The notes: generated from the sequence alone by a model not told the origin. Counted from the first letter of the stretch, positions 8,910 to 18,619 are shown. The stretch: 64,000 bases of DNA from Candidatus Eiseniibacteriota bacterium (GCA_041483195.1 JBGPFC010000003.1:64001-128000); one strand, 5' to 3'. Numbers and translations: made by a program.

Positions 8910-11066
8910 ATGAACGACCGCATGCAGATCCGTCCGCGCGCCGCGACCCTCGTCGCGCTCGCGCTCGCGCTGTGCACAGCGCTGCCGGCACGCGCGGCGC
9001 TCGATTCCAAGTACGACCCCAAGAACCTCACGATCCCCACGCTCAACCCGATCAAGAAGGTGCAGCCCGAGCGCAGCGTGCTCCCGAACGGCATGGTGGT
9101 GTACCTGCTGGCCGACCACACGCTGCCGGTGGTGCAGAGCCAGATCTACGTGAAGAGCAGCCCGACGCTGGAGCCGGCGGACAAGGTGGGGCTCGCCGAC
9201 GTGGCCGGTGAGGTCATGCGCAGCGGCGGCTCTGCTGCGAAGCCCGGCGACTGGCTCGACGACCGGCTGGCGGCGATCGGCGCGAGCGTCAACACCTACA
9301 TCGGCTCCGACTTCGCGGGCGGCTCGACCCGTTGCCTGAGCGAAAACACCGCGGAGGTCATGGCGCTGTTCGCCGAGGTGCTGCGGCGGCCGGCGTTCCC
9401 AGACGACAAGATCGAGCTTGCGAAGGTGGGCCAGCGGCGCGGAATCGCCGGGCGCAACGACGAGCTGTTCGACATCCTGCGCCGCACCGCCGGGTGGGCG
9501 GTGTACGGCAAGGACAGCCCGTACGCCCGCATCGCGGAGTACGCGACGATCGAGGCGATCACGCGTGACGATTGCGTGAAGATGCACGATCGGGCCCTGG
9601 CGCCGAACCGCTCGGTGCTGGTGGTCTATGGCGATTTCGATACCGCCGCGATGAAGAAGCTGATCGCCGCGCAGTTCGGCGACTGGAAGCGCGACGATCG
9701 TCCGCTGCCCGCGCCCCCGCCGCTGCCGCAGCGCGGCGCGCAGCGGGTGATGTTCGCGCCCAAGGAAGACGTCACGCAGTCGGGCATCGTGCTCACCCAC
9801 CCCGGGCATCGCGCCGACAGCCCGGACTACGCGGACATGCAGGTGCTGGAGCAGGCGCTGGGCGGCGGCTTCTCGTCGCGGCTCTTCAACCTGATCCGCA
9901 CCCAGCGCGGCCTCGCCTACGCGACCGGAGCCGACGCCGGAGCCGGGTATTTCCGCCCCGGCATCTTCCTCGCGTACTCGCTCACCCGGAACGACTCGGT
10001 GATGGTGGCGCTCGATCTGCTGCGCTCCGAGGTCGCACGCATCACGCGCGAGCCGGTCGGCCCCGAGGAGCTGAAGATCGCGCGCGACGCCGTGGAGAAT
10101 TCCTTCGTCTTCAACTTCGAGCGGCCCAGCTCGGTCGCGTTCCGGGCCGGCTACTTCGAGCTGGCGGGCTACCCGCAGGACTTCCTCCAGAAGTATCAGG
10201 AGGCCCTGCACAAGGTGACCGCGGAGTCCATGCTCGAGGCCGCGAAGCGCGAGATCGAGCCCGACAAGCTGGTCACGGTGATCGTCGGCAAGGAGAAGGA
10301 ATTCGATCGGCCGCTCGACTCGCTGCACCAGCCGCTCGAGCGCGTCGACATCACGATTCCGCCGCCGCCCTCGAAGACCGCGGTCGGGCCGGCGACGCCC
10401 GAGGCGCTCGCGAAGGGACGGCAGTGGCTGCAGCACGCCGCCGAGGTTACGGGCGGCACCGCAGCGTGGGCGGCGGTCAAGTCGATCGTCTCCGACATGA
10501 AGGTGGCGATCAGCGCGCAGGGGCAGACGCTCTCGCTCGACATCACGCAGTCGTGGGCGCTCCCGGACCGCCAGCTCTCGGTTCAGAAGACCCCGATGGG
10601 CGAGATGTCACAGGGCTTCGACGGCACCGCCGGCTGGGCCAAGATGATGGGGCAGATCCAGGACGATCCGGGCGCTGCGGAACAGATGAAGGAGGAGTTC
10701 GAGCGCTCGTTGTTCCACATCTTCGGCCATCCCGAGGCCATGCAGGTGCAGGCGCTGGACGCGAGCCGGACCGTGGACGGCGTGGAGTACAAGACGGCGT
10801 TCGTGAAGAGCGATCTGGTGCACGACTGGACGATGTACTTCGCGCCAGACGGGAAGCTCGCCCGCATGGACTACCAGGGGACGGGGCGCTCCGGTCCCGC
10901 GAAGCACACCGAGATCGTGGGCGACTGGCGCCCGCTCGGCACGCTCCAGTACCCGTACTCGTTCAAGCTGCTGGTCGACGACAAGCCGGCGATGGACGGC
11001 ACGCTGACCGACGCGAAGCTCAATTCGACTTTCGAAGAGGCGATCTTCAAGAAGCCAGCGAACTGA
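8910..11066 (+). CDS. M16 family non-catalytic partner subunit with an extra C-terminal domain
   Basis: LPNGM, GLADVAGEVM (HxxEH absent), LGGGFSSRLFNLIRTQRGLAY; about 230 extra C-terminal residues; signal peptide. Confidence 0.9.
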   Translation: MNDRMQIRPRAATLVALALALCTALPARAALDSKYDPKNLTIPTLNPIKKVQPERSVLPNGMVVYLLADHTLPVVQSQIYVKSSPTLEPADKVGLADVAGEVMRSGGSAAKPGDWLDDRLAAIGASVNTYIGSDFAGGSTRCLSENTAEVMALFAEVLRRPAFPDDKIELAKVGQRRGIAGRNDELFDILRRTAGWAVYGKDSPYARIAEYATIEAITRDDCVKMHDRALAPNRSVLVVYGDFDTAAMKKLIAAQFGDWKRDDRPLPAPPPLPQRGAQRVMFAPKEDVTQSGIVLTHPGHRADSPDYADMQVLEQALGGGFSSRLFNLIRTQRGLAYATGADAGAGYFRPGIFLAYSLTRNDSVMVALDLLRSEVARITREPVGPEELKIARDAVENSFVFNFERPSSVAFRAGYFELAGYPQDFLQKYQEALHKVTAESMLEAAKREIEPDKLVTVIVGKEKEFDRPLDSLHQPLERVDITIPPPPSKTAVGPATPEALAKGRQWLQHAAEVTGGTAAWAAVKSIVSDMKVAISAQGQTLSLDITQSWALPDRQLSVQKTPMGEMSQGFDGTAGWAKMMGQIQDDPGAAEQMKEEFERSLFHIFGHPEAMQVQALDASRTVDGVEYKTAFVKSDLVHDWTMYFAPDGKLARMDYQGTGRSGPAKHTEIVGDWRPLGTLQYPYSFKLLVDDKPAMDGTLTDAKLNSTFEEAIFKKPAN

Positions 11067-11091
11067 GCGAAGCTCGCGCGAGATCCTAAGG

Positions 11092-11122
11092 GGCGGCCTC
11101 CCCTCACGGGGGGGCCGCCTTG
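11092..11122 (+). terminator. GC-rich hairpin, probable terminator between convergent genes
   Basis: GGCGGCCTCCCC-TCAC-GGGGGGGCCGCC followed by TT, about 25 nt after the M16 stop; contains the stop codon of the opposing small ORF. Confidence 0.55.
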
Positions 11123-11253
11123 GTCTTGCGCAGCGCGCGTCGCTCCTCGGCCCGCCCCTTGCGGAATCCGTAGGCGTACACCAGCGCGAACGCGAGCAGG
11201 TGGACCACCCACCAGCCGAGCTGCATGAACTTGAGTCCGTCGGGCAGAGGCAT
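11104..11253 (-). CDS. Small single-pass membrane protein (49 aa), absent from the ORF track
   Basis: GAGGAG RBS, then MPLPDGLKFMQLGWWVVHLLAFALVYAYGFRKGRAEERRALRKTKAAPP*; one hydrophobic helix and a basic tail; GC-rich third codon positions. Confidence 0.7.
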   Translation of the reverse strand: MPLPDGLKFMQLGWWVVHLLAFALVYAYGFRKGRAEERRALRKTKAAPP

Positions 11254-11426
11254 GGGCTCCTCGCGTTGTGGCGTCTCGGGACGTGGTTCTCAGTCGGGTC
11301 GCTGGCGACTGAAGGGTGGCTGTCCGTCGAGACTACCGTGCGAACGGTGTCTGTCACCAACCAATTGCTCGTGGGACTCGTCAAACAGTTCATTCGCCGG
11401 AGACGAAACCACGAGCGGAGGGCGTG

Positions 11427-13214
11427 ATGGTGCGGGGCAGACATCGGCGGGCCGTTCGATGGGCGCGGTGGCTCGCGGGCGCGTTGTGCGTGGGGTTGGC
11501 CTTTTCTCCGCGGGCATCGGCCGGCGAAGCTCCGCACGACCTCGCCGGGCTCTGGGCTTCGAAGCTGCGCTTCGGTCCCGAGCTGAATGGCACGCTGACG
11601 ATCGAGCGCAGCGGAGGATCCTGGACGGCCGAGATCGCGGGACGGAGCGCCCCGGTCGTGGCCGATGGCGAGCGCCTCTCGTTCGAGCTCGCGGATGGGC
11701 AGGGTGGCTTCCGGGGCCGTCTGGTGCGCGCCGCGCACCCGGCTCGCATCGAAGGCCACTGGATCCAGCCGCCGACGGTCTCGCAGGGTCTGCGTTACGC
11801 GACGCCGATCGTTCTCGGGCCGGTGGGCCCCGATCGCTGGCGAGGCGACGTCGCGCCGCTCGACGACGCATTCACGATCTTCCTCCCGATCCGCAGAGAC
11901 TCGACCGGCACGCTCGGCGCCTGGCTCGGAAATCCGGAGCGCAATCTCGGACGCTTCACGCGCGTCGAACACGTCCGCTTCGACGGCAAGACCGTTCGGC
12001 TCGAGGGCCGGCCGTCGAGCGACGCTCCGCCGCAGGTCGTGGCCGAGGGTCCGTACTCCGAAGCCGACGACGCGTTCGCGCTTCCGCTGCGAGGCGGCAC
12101 CTACGACTTCCATCGCGCGACCGCGGCCGATGACGAGGTCTTCTATCCGCGGGGCCGGGCGCCCGGGACGTGGGTGTATCGCCGGCCCTCCGCCGAGAAC
12201 GACGGCTGGCCGATCGCGAGCCTCGATGAGGTCGGCATCTCGCGCGAGGCCATCGCCCCATTCGTCCAGATGCTGATCGAGACGCCGATGGACTCGGTCC
12301 GCTCGCAACAGATCCACGGCGTGCTGATCGCGCGAAATGGAAGGCTCGTCCTCGAGGAATACTTCCACGGATTTCATCGCGAGCGGCTGCACGACACCCG
12401 CTCCGCGGCGAAGAGCATCACGTCGTTCCTGGTCGGCGCCGCCATGCAGAGCGGCGTTCCGATCTCGCCATCGACCCCGGTCTATCAGGTGATGGAGAGT
12501 CCGGCGACGCTGGCCGGGCTCGAGCCGCGAAAGCGTGCGCTGACGCTCGAGCATCTGCTCACGATGTCCTCGGGGCTCGACATCGACGACTCGGATCCCA
12601 ACTCGGTCGGGAACGAAGAGACGATGCAGGAGCAGCAGGGGCAGCCCGACTGGTACCGTTACACGCTCGACCTCAAGACCGTGCGCGCTCCTGGCGAGAA
12701 GGCGGTCTACGGAAGCGCGAACCCGAACCTCGCGGGCGGCGTGCTCGCGAAGGCCTCCGGCCGCTGGCTGCCCGAGTTGTTCCAGGATCTGGTCGCTGGG
12801 CCGCTGCAAGTCCGGCACTACGCGATGGATCTCCAGCCGAGCGGCGAGGCCTACATGGGCGGAGGCGTTCAGATCGCCCCACGCGACTTCCTGAAGATCG
12901 GGCAGATCTTGATCGATGGCGGACGCTGGCACGGGCGGCAGATCGTGAGCCCCGCGTGGGCCACGAAGTCGACCGCGCGGCTCACGGAAATCGGCCATGC
13001 CGGCTACGGGTACCTCTGGTGGGTCACCGACCTTCCCTACCAGGGCCGCACGGTGCGTGCCTTCTACGCGGGCGGCAACGGCGGCCAGGTCGTCATGGGC
13101 ATCCCGGAGCTGCGCCTCGCGATCGCGTTCTTCGGCGGCAACTACAACGACGCGGTGCTGTTCGTCCCGCAGCGCGTCTACGTGCCGAAGTACATTCTGC
13201 CCGCTGTGAAGTGA
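11427..13214 (+). CDS. Serine hydrolase (AmpC/beta-lactamase-like) with a long N-terminal extension
   Basis: SAAKS (SxxK), LEHLLTMSSG, PGEKAVYGS.N, YGYLWW, AGGNGGQ; signal-like N-terminus. Confidence 0.88.
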   Translation: MVRGRHRRAVRWARWLAGALCVGLAFSPRASAGEAPHDLAGLWASKLRFGPELNGTLTIERSGGSWTAEIAGRSAPVVADGERLSFELADGQGGFRGRLVRAAHPARIEGHWIQPPTVSQGLRYATPIVLGPVGPDRWRGDVAPLDDAFTIFLPIRRDSTGTLGAWLGNPERNLGRFTRVEHVRFDGKTVRLEGRPSSDAPPQVVAEGPYSEADDAFALPLRGGTYDFHRATAADDEVFYPRGRAPGTWVYRRPSAENDGWPIASLDEVGISREAIAPFVQMLIETPMDSVRSQQIHGVLIARNGRLVLEEYFHGFHRERLHDTRSAAKSITSFLVGAAMQSGVPISPSTPVYQVMESPATLAGLEPRKRALTLEHLLTMSSGLDIDDSDPNSVGNEETMQEQQGQPDWYRYTLDLKTVRAPGEKAVYGSANPNLAGGVLAKASGRWLPELFQDLVAGPLQVRHYAMDLQPSGEAYMGGGVQIAPRDFLKIGQILIDGGRWHGRQIVSPAWATKSTARLTEIGHAGYGYLWWVTDLPYQGRTVRAFYAGGNGGQVVMGIPELRLAIAFFGGNYNDAVLFVPQRVYVPKYILPAVK

Positions 13215-13253
13215 TCGCACGGACGCGCTCGGAACGCGGGCCGGCGCGGTCGG

Positions 13254-13739
13254 TCACGTTCCGATCTCGCGTCGCCCGGCGCCACGACCGGCGCCCGCGC
13301 GCGCGCCCAGGCGGGTCAGAAACGCGCGATCGGCGGCGAGCACCTCGCGCAGGTCGATCTCGTCCGGCCGCAGCCAGCGCGTCGCGTGCACGGCCCGGCT
13401 CGGCGTGAAGTCGTGTGAATCGAGCGTGCAGCGGATGAAGACGATCTCGACCGCGAGGCCATGCGGGTAGACGTGGGTCGCGACCTCGAGCACCTCGAGC
13501 GGCGCGGCGCGAACGCCCAGCTCCTCGCGCACCTCGCGCACCAGCGCGTGCTCCGGGGTCTCGCCATCTTCGATCTTGCCGCCGGGCAGCTCCCACTCGA
13601 GTCCGAGCGGTCCGCCCGGCGGACGCTGCGTGATGAGCAGACGATCGGCGTCCCACACCACGGCGGCCGCGACGCGCACCCGTGCGCCCGGCGGCTTCGG
13701 GCCGGGGCGCAGCGGCGTGGAATCGCGGACGTCGTCCAT
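13254..13739 (-). CDS. NUDIX hydrolase (MutT/NudG-like)
   Basis: Canonical Nudix box WELPGGKIEDGETPEHALVREVREELG. Confidence 0.9.
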   Translation of the reverse strand: MDDVRDSTPLRPGPKPPGARVRVAAAVVWDADRLLITQRPPGGPLGLEWELPGGKIEDGETPEHALVREVREELGVRAAPLEVLEVATHVYPHGLAVEIVFIRCTLDSHDFTPSRAVHATRWLRPDEIDLREVLAADRAFLTRLGARAGAGRGAGRREIGT

Positions 13740-13764
13740 GGTCAGTCGCCCATCCTCGCGGCGC

Positions 13765-14373
13765 TCACTTCCGCGGCGGCGCGCCCCACGCCCTCGCGAT
13801 CTCGTGCTCGAAATGCGCGAGGTAGCGCCGGTCTCCGGCCTCGCGCGCCGCGATCGCGCGCCGCGCCGCCTCGCACAGAAACGAGGCCTCGTGTGGCTCG
13901 ATCTTGCGGCCGCGCCGGCGCAGCGCGCGCGGCACGCGCAGGTATCCGGGCGGCGCGTCGATCACGAGCGGCGAGCGCGCGAGCGCCCACAGGTCGCAGG
14001 CGCGCTCGCCGCGCGGCACCAGCGCGCGCGCCTGGAGCAGGTGCGTGAACTCGTGGGCGACGGTGAAGTACTCGAGCCGCCGCGGCCGCACCCACACGCC
14101 GGGGCGCTCGGGATCGAGCGAGCCCCAGCCGAGGATCCCGCGCTTGAGCGCCATCCCCACGCGCACCGTGGTGCGCTCGAGCTCCGGGAAGAACCGGCGC
14201 ACGAACTCCAGCCGCTCGCGAATGCGGGCCTGATGAGGCGAGCGCAGCACCAGGCGCGAGAACGACCAGCGCGGCTGTGGAGGTCCCAGCTCGAATGCCA
14301 GCTGTTCGAGCGGTCGCGGGCGGCGGCGCGGCGGACGCGGAGGGCGGGCGAGCGCGGCGGGAGACGACGGCAC
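13765..14373 (-). CDS. Hypothetical protein with an HExxH zinc-metalloprotease-like motif (start uncertain)
   Basis: VAHEFTHLLQ..GERACDLWALAR; fills the gap between the NUDIX gene and the divergent GT2. Confidence 0.65.
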   Translation of the reverse strand: MPSSPAALARPPRPPRRRPRPLEQLAFELGPPQPRWSFSRLVLRSPHQARIRERLEFVRRFFPELERTTVRVGMALKRGILGWGSLDPERPGVWVRPRRLEYFTVAHEFTHLLQARALVPRGERACDLWALARSPLVIDAPPGYLRVPRALRRRGRKIEPHEASFLCEAARRAIAAREAGDRRYLAHFEHEIARAWGAPPRK

Positions 14374-14469
14374 GGGCGCGAGTATCTATCACAGCGCGGT
14401 GATGCGGCCAAGCCCGAAGCGGCGCGCGTGGACAACCTGGGGCACCTCTGCAATCCTGTCCGGCCACTC

Positions 14470-15207
14470 ATGCGACCCACCGCGGATCCATCGCCCGTCG
14501 AGATCTCGATCGTGGTTCCCGCCTACAACGAGGCGGAGAGCCTGCCGACGCTGCTGGCCGAGGTGCGCGCGGCGCTCGATGCGACCGGACGCACCTCCGA
14601 GATCGTGGTGGTCGACGACGGCAGCGACGACGGCAGCGCTGCGCTGCTGACCGCCGAGGCGGCGCGCGATCCGCGGCTGCGCTCGATGCGGCTGGCGGCG
14701 CGAACCGGCCAGAGCGCGGCGCTCGCGTACGGCATCCTGCGCGCGCGCGGCGCGATCGTGGTGACGCTCGACGCCGACCTGCAGAACGATCCGGCCGACC
14801 TGCCCCGCGTGCTGGCCGCGCTCGAGCACGCGGACGTGGTGTCGGGCATCCGCCAGCATCGCAGCGACGGCTGGGTGCGGCGGGTGTCGTCCCGGATCGC
14901 GAACGCCACTCGGCGCGCGGTGCTGGGCGACTCGATCTCCGACATCGGGTGCTCCTTCAAGGCCTACCGTCGCGAGGTCCTCGAGGGCCTGCCGATGTTC
15001 GTCGGCGTGCACCGGTTCCTGCCCGCGCTCTGCGAGTTTCGCGGCGCGCGACTGGTCCAGGTTCCGCTCTCCCACCGGCCGCGGCGGCACGGCGCCTCGA
15101 AGTACGGAGTCGGAAACCGCCTGTGGCGCGGCGTGCACGACCTGATCGGCGTCAGCTGGCTCAAGTCGCGTCTCATCCGCACCCGGTTGCGGGAGGAGGA
15201 TCGATGA
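14470..15207 (+). CDS. Glycosyltransferase family 2 (ArnC/polyprenol-phosphate glycosyltransferase-like)
   Basis: ISIVVPAYNE, VVDDGSDDGS, GQSAAL, TLDADLQNDPAD, HRFLP, HRPRRHGASKYG. Confidence 0.92.
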   Translation: MRPTADPSPVEISIVVPAYNEAESLPTLLAEVRAALDATGRTSEIVVVDDGSDDGSAALLTAEAARDPRLRSMRLAARTGQSAALAYGILRARGAIVVTLDADLQNDPADLPRVLAALEHADVVSGIRQHRSDGWVRRVSSRIANATRRAVLGDSISDIGCSFKAYRREVLEGLPMFVGVHRFLPALCEFRGARLVQVPLSHRPRRHGASKYGVGNRLWRGVHDLIGVSWLKSRLIRTRLREEDR

Positions 15208-15500
15208 ACGATTGGTTCCGCTCGCCGATGGGCTGGACCGCGCTCGGATTCGCGGGCCAGATGCTGTTCGGCTCGCGCTTCGTCGTGCAGTGGTGGGCGT
15301 CCGAGCGGCGGCGCAGCATCGTGATCCCGACCGCGTTCTGGATGCTGAGCACGGTGGGCGGCGCGGCGCTGCTCGCCTACGCCGTGCACAAGCGCGACCC
15401 GGTGTTCGCGGCCGGGCAGGCGGCCGGGTTGCTCATCTACCTGCGCAACCTCACGCTCGCGAAGCGCGAGCGCGCGGTGGGAGGCCAGGGCGGCGCGTGA
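15204..15500 (+). CDS. Lipid A biosynthesis N-terminal domain (LAB_N) membrane protein
   Basis: GFAGQMLFGSRFVVQWWASE, IPTAFW, YAVHKRDPVF..GQ, IYLRNL; ATGA overlap with the GT2 stop. Confidence 0.9.
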   Translation: MNDWFRSPMGWTALGFAGQMLFGSRFVVQWWASERRRSIVIPTAFWMLSTVGGAALLAYAVHKRDPVFAAGQAAGLLIYLRNLTLAKRERAVGGQGGA

Positions 15501-17077
15501 AGCCGCCGCGCCTGCCCGCCCTCGCCGGCGCCCGGGTCGCGCTGCTCACGATGGCGATCGCGCTGGCCGCGACCGCGGGCGCGATCGGGCTCATCGAGCC
15601 CACCGAGACGCGCTATGCGGAGATCGCGCGCGAGATGCGCGCGAGCGGCGACTGGCGCGATCCCCGGCTCGACGGGATCCTCCACTTCCACAAGCCGCCG
15701 CTCGCGTACTGGGCGGTCGCGGCGGGCTTCGCGCTAGCTGGCACCAACGAATGGGGCGCGCGCCTGCCCGCCGCGCTCGCGACCCTGCTCGCGCTCGGAT
15801 GCACCGCCCTCGCCGCGCGGCGGCGCTTCGCCTCGCTCGCGATTCGTCCCGGGCTCGCGGTGTGGCTGCTCGGCTCGTGCGTGCTGGTCGCGACCGCAGG
15901 CCGCGCGCTCGCGAGCGATCCGTTCCTCGCGGCGGCGGTCGCTGCGTTCTGGGCGCTCGCGCCATCGCCCTGGGCGCTGCTCGCGCTGGGCCTCGGCTTC
16001 CTCGCCAAGGGACCGGTGGTGTTCGTGCCCACCGCGCTCGCGGTGTTCGCCGCCGCCGCCTTCGCGCGCGAGCGCGCGCCGCTCGCGCTGCTGGGCCCCG
16101 GGCGCGGATGGATCGCGTTCGGGGCGGTCGTGCTGCCGTGGTACGTGATCGTCGTCGCGCGCACCCCCGGGCTGCTCCCCTACTTCTTCGGAAACCAGCT
16201 GTGGGCGCGCTACGCGACGACCGAGCATCAGCGCGGGGGCCCGCCCTGGTACTTCCTCGTGGTGCTGATCGCCGGCGCGCTGCCGTGGACGCCCGCGCTG
16301 ATCGCGGGGGGCCTTCGCACCTGGCGTGAGCGCGGTTCGCGCGATGCGCGCCTGCTGCTGGCCTGGCTCATCGCCCCGCTGGTGTTCTTCTCGACCTCGG
16401 GCTCGAAGTTGCCGGCGTACCTGCTGCCGGCGTTTCCGGCCGCCGCGATGCTGGCCGCGCGCGGCCTCGATCCGGGTTCGCGCGTGGTGCGGTTCGGGAT
16501 CGCGGTGGTGCTCGCCGCGCTCGCGATCGCGGGCTGGACGCTGGGACCCGCCGCGCTCGGGCGGTTCGTCGGGATCGTTCCCGCTCGGTCCGTGCCGCTG
16601 CCGCTCGCGGCACACGTGGGCCTCGCCTGCCTGGGATTGGCCGCCACCTCGATGGCGCGCGCCCGCGCGCCACGCGGCGCGCTGCTGGTCACGCTCGGGA
16701 CGATCGCGCTGATCGTCGCGCTCTCGCCCTACGAGTCGCGGATCGGCTCGGCGCGCGGGCTGGTGCGGGTGCTGCGCGAGAACCGCGCGCCCGGGGAGCC
16801 GGTGGTCGAGGTCGCGCGCTTCGATGCCGGGCTGCCGTTCTATCTGGGCGAGCGCGTGCGGCTGCTCGATGTTCCGCGCGAGACCGGGTTCGACGACGCG
16901 CCGCATCGCGCGGCGGTGATCGTCACGCGCGATTCCATCGCGGCGATGGCGGCGCGCGGGCGCGTGTGGCTGTTCGGCCCCGGGGCCGCGAGCGCGGAGC
17001 TCGCGGCGGGACTCGGGCTGCGCTATCAGCCCACGGCGCGCCGGCTCGGCAGCGTGCTCGGATTCGTCACGCGCTGA
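15497..17077 (+). CDS. ArnT-like glycosyltransferase (GT39/GT83)
   Basis: EPTETRYAEIAREM, FHKPPLAYW, LAKGPV, PWY, SKLPAYLLP; many TM segments; GTGA overlap. Confidence 0.9.
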   Translation: MKPPRLPALAGARVALLTMAIALAATAGAIGLIEPTETRYAEIAREMRASGDWRDPRLDGILHFHKPPLAYWAVAAGFALAGTNEWGARLPAALATLLALGCTALAARRRFASLAIRPGLAVWLLGSCVLVATAGRALASDPFLAAAVAAFWALAPSPWALLALGLGFLAKGPVVFVPTALAVFAAAAFARERAPLALLGPGRGWIAFGAVVLPWYVIVVARTPGLLPYFFGNQLWARYATTEHQRGGPPWYFLVVLIAGALPWTPALIAGGLRTWRERGSRDARLLLAWLIAPLVFFSTSGSKLPAYLLPAFPAAAMLAARGLDPGSRVVRFGIAVVLAALAIAGWTLGPAALGRFVGIVPARSVPLPLAAHVGLACLGLAATSMARARAPRGALLVTLGTIALIVALSPYESRIGSARGLVRVLRENRAPGEPVVEVARFDAGLPFYLGERVRLLDVPRETGFDDAPHRAAVIVTRDSIAAMAARGRVWLFGPGAASAELAAGLGLRYQPTARRLGSVLGFVTR

Positions 17078-18017
17078 ACGCGCGCGCCCATCCGGCCGAG
17101 CGCGCGGCCGATGCGCGGCCATCGCCGATCCCCGCGAAATACCGCCATGATTTTCGCTCCGAATGGTTCCCGTGCGCCGCCCGCGCGCAGCGGCGAGAAT
17201 CTGGCTGCCGCCGGGCCCGGCGGCCGGCGCGCGTGACGCCATCGGCCAGCCTCCCGCGTGCGCCCGAAGCGATTGCGAACAAATGCCGAGGCCACGGCAC
17301 GCTCCACCTCATGTCCCCCTCCGGCGCACTCCCGCGGGTGCAGGTCGCCGCGCGTGGCAGATTCCTTGCTCGGTCCGGGTCCAGGTTTGGGCCGGGCGTT
17401 CCTGTCCGGCCGACGAATTCGACCAGGAGGCTCCACCCGACACGAAGGCCCCGCGCAATTTCACGCTGCAGAGATGAGTCGAAATACCCCCCCCTCGGGG
17501 CATTTTCGAATTTACCCCTCGAAATTCGGAGATTGCCGATGTCTCGCAAGGCCGTGCCGCCATTCATGCCGTCCGCCGCGTGCGCGCCGCTCGCGCCTCT
17601 CCCCGACGCGGCCACCACCGGGACCGCCGCCGTGATGCCCGCCGCGGCCCCGCCGATCCTGTGAACATGACGGGCCACACGCTGTCGCCGCCGGCGAGCC
17701 CGGTCCGTGCCGATGTCGTCGGGATGCACGTCTTCCCCCTCGGAGACGACTCCCGTTCGGTGTCGGTGCGGATCCGGAACGCCGGCGACCGCAAGATTGG
17801 AAGAATCCGGTTCCAGTGGCCGGTGCCCGCGTCGGCTTCCCCCCAGCTGGCGCAACAGTATCGGCGCTGATCGCGCTGCTGCTGGCGGCACCGGTCACCA
17901 TCGTCCGTGCCCCGGAGAAACCGGGTGGCGCCATCCCCGGCTTCGGTCTATAGTCGCGGCTCCGCTCCCCGCGACATGGACGTCAACCACGAGGAATGAT
18001 TCCTCGAGGAGTTCGGC

Positions 18018-18563
18018 ATGCGTCTCTCGATGGTCCTCTGCTTCGCCTCGCTCGCTCTCGCAGCCCCGCTCGCCGCCACCGCGGGCACCACTCTGGTCGG
18101 CGTCGACGGCATGTCCGCCACCGTCATGCAGGAAGGGCAGAGCTCGTTCTCGGGCCTCGGCCTGCGCGCGCGATTCCAGTCCGACCGGTTCGTCGAGGGC
18201 CTCGAGTTCATGCCCACCATGGAATGGTGGCGCAACAACAGCACGGTCCGCCCGTTCGGCATCACATCGAGCCGTCGCGACGCGGCGCTGGCGATGGACG
18301 CGCGCTATTCCTTCAAACACGAGGGGTTCACGCCCTACGTCGGAGGCGGGTACGCGATCCACTTCCTCACGAGCGAGGTGGACGCGCCGACGCTCGGGCT
18401 GCGTCACGCGCAGGACTCGGTCATCAAGGGCGGGCTCGCGGTGCTGGGCGGGGTCTCGATTCCGTTCGGCGAGCGCTTCGCGAACTACATCGAGCTCAAG
18501 TACCACCACGTGACCGACTTCAGACAGCTCAAGCTGAACTGGGGCATTTCCTACCGGCCGTAG
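18018..18563 (+). CDS. Small outer-membrane beta-barrel protein (OmpA/OmpW-like)
   Basis: GAGGAG RBS; signal peptide (..AATA|G); TPYVGGG motif; amphipathic last strand LKLNWGISY. Confidence 0.8.
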   Translation: MRLSMVLCFASLALAAPLAATAGTTLVGVDGMSATVMQEGQSSFSGLGLRARFQSDRFVEGLEFMPTMEWWRNNSTVRPFGITSSRRDAALAMDARYSFKHEGFTPYVGGGYAIHFLTSEVDAPTLGLRHAQDSVIKGGLAVLGGVSIPFGERFANYIELKYHHVTDFRQLKLNWGISYRP

Positions 18564-18619
18564 CGGCGGCCTCGTCGAAACGAGGCGCGCACGCGCTCAC
18601 GGCCGAGCGCCCCGCGCTC

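Noticed and set aside
11427..13214. Antibiotic-resistance beta-lactamase call
   Set aside because: The SxxK family includes many esterases and amidases; motifs alone do not show beta-lactam hydrolysis.
17067..17312. Minus-strand ORF MRWSVPWPRHLF.. with a GGAGGGGG RBS-like sequence
   Set aside because: Arg-rich low-information sequence with no motif, overlapping the end of the ArnT-like gene; not supportable as a CDS.
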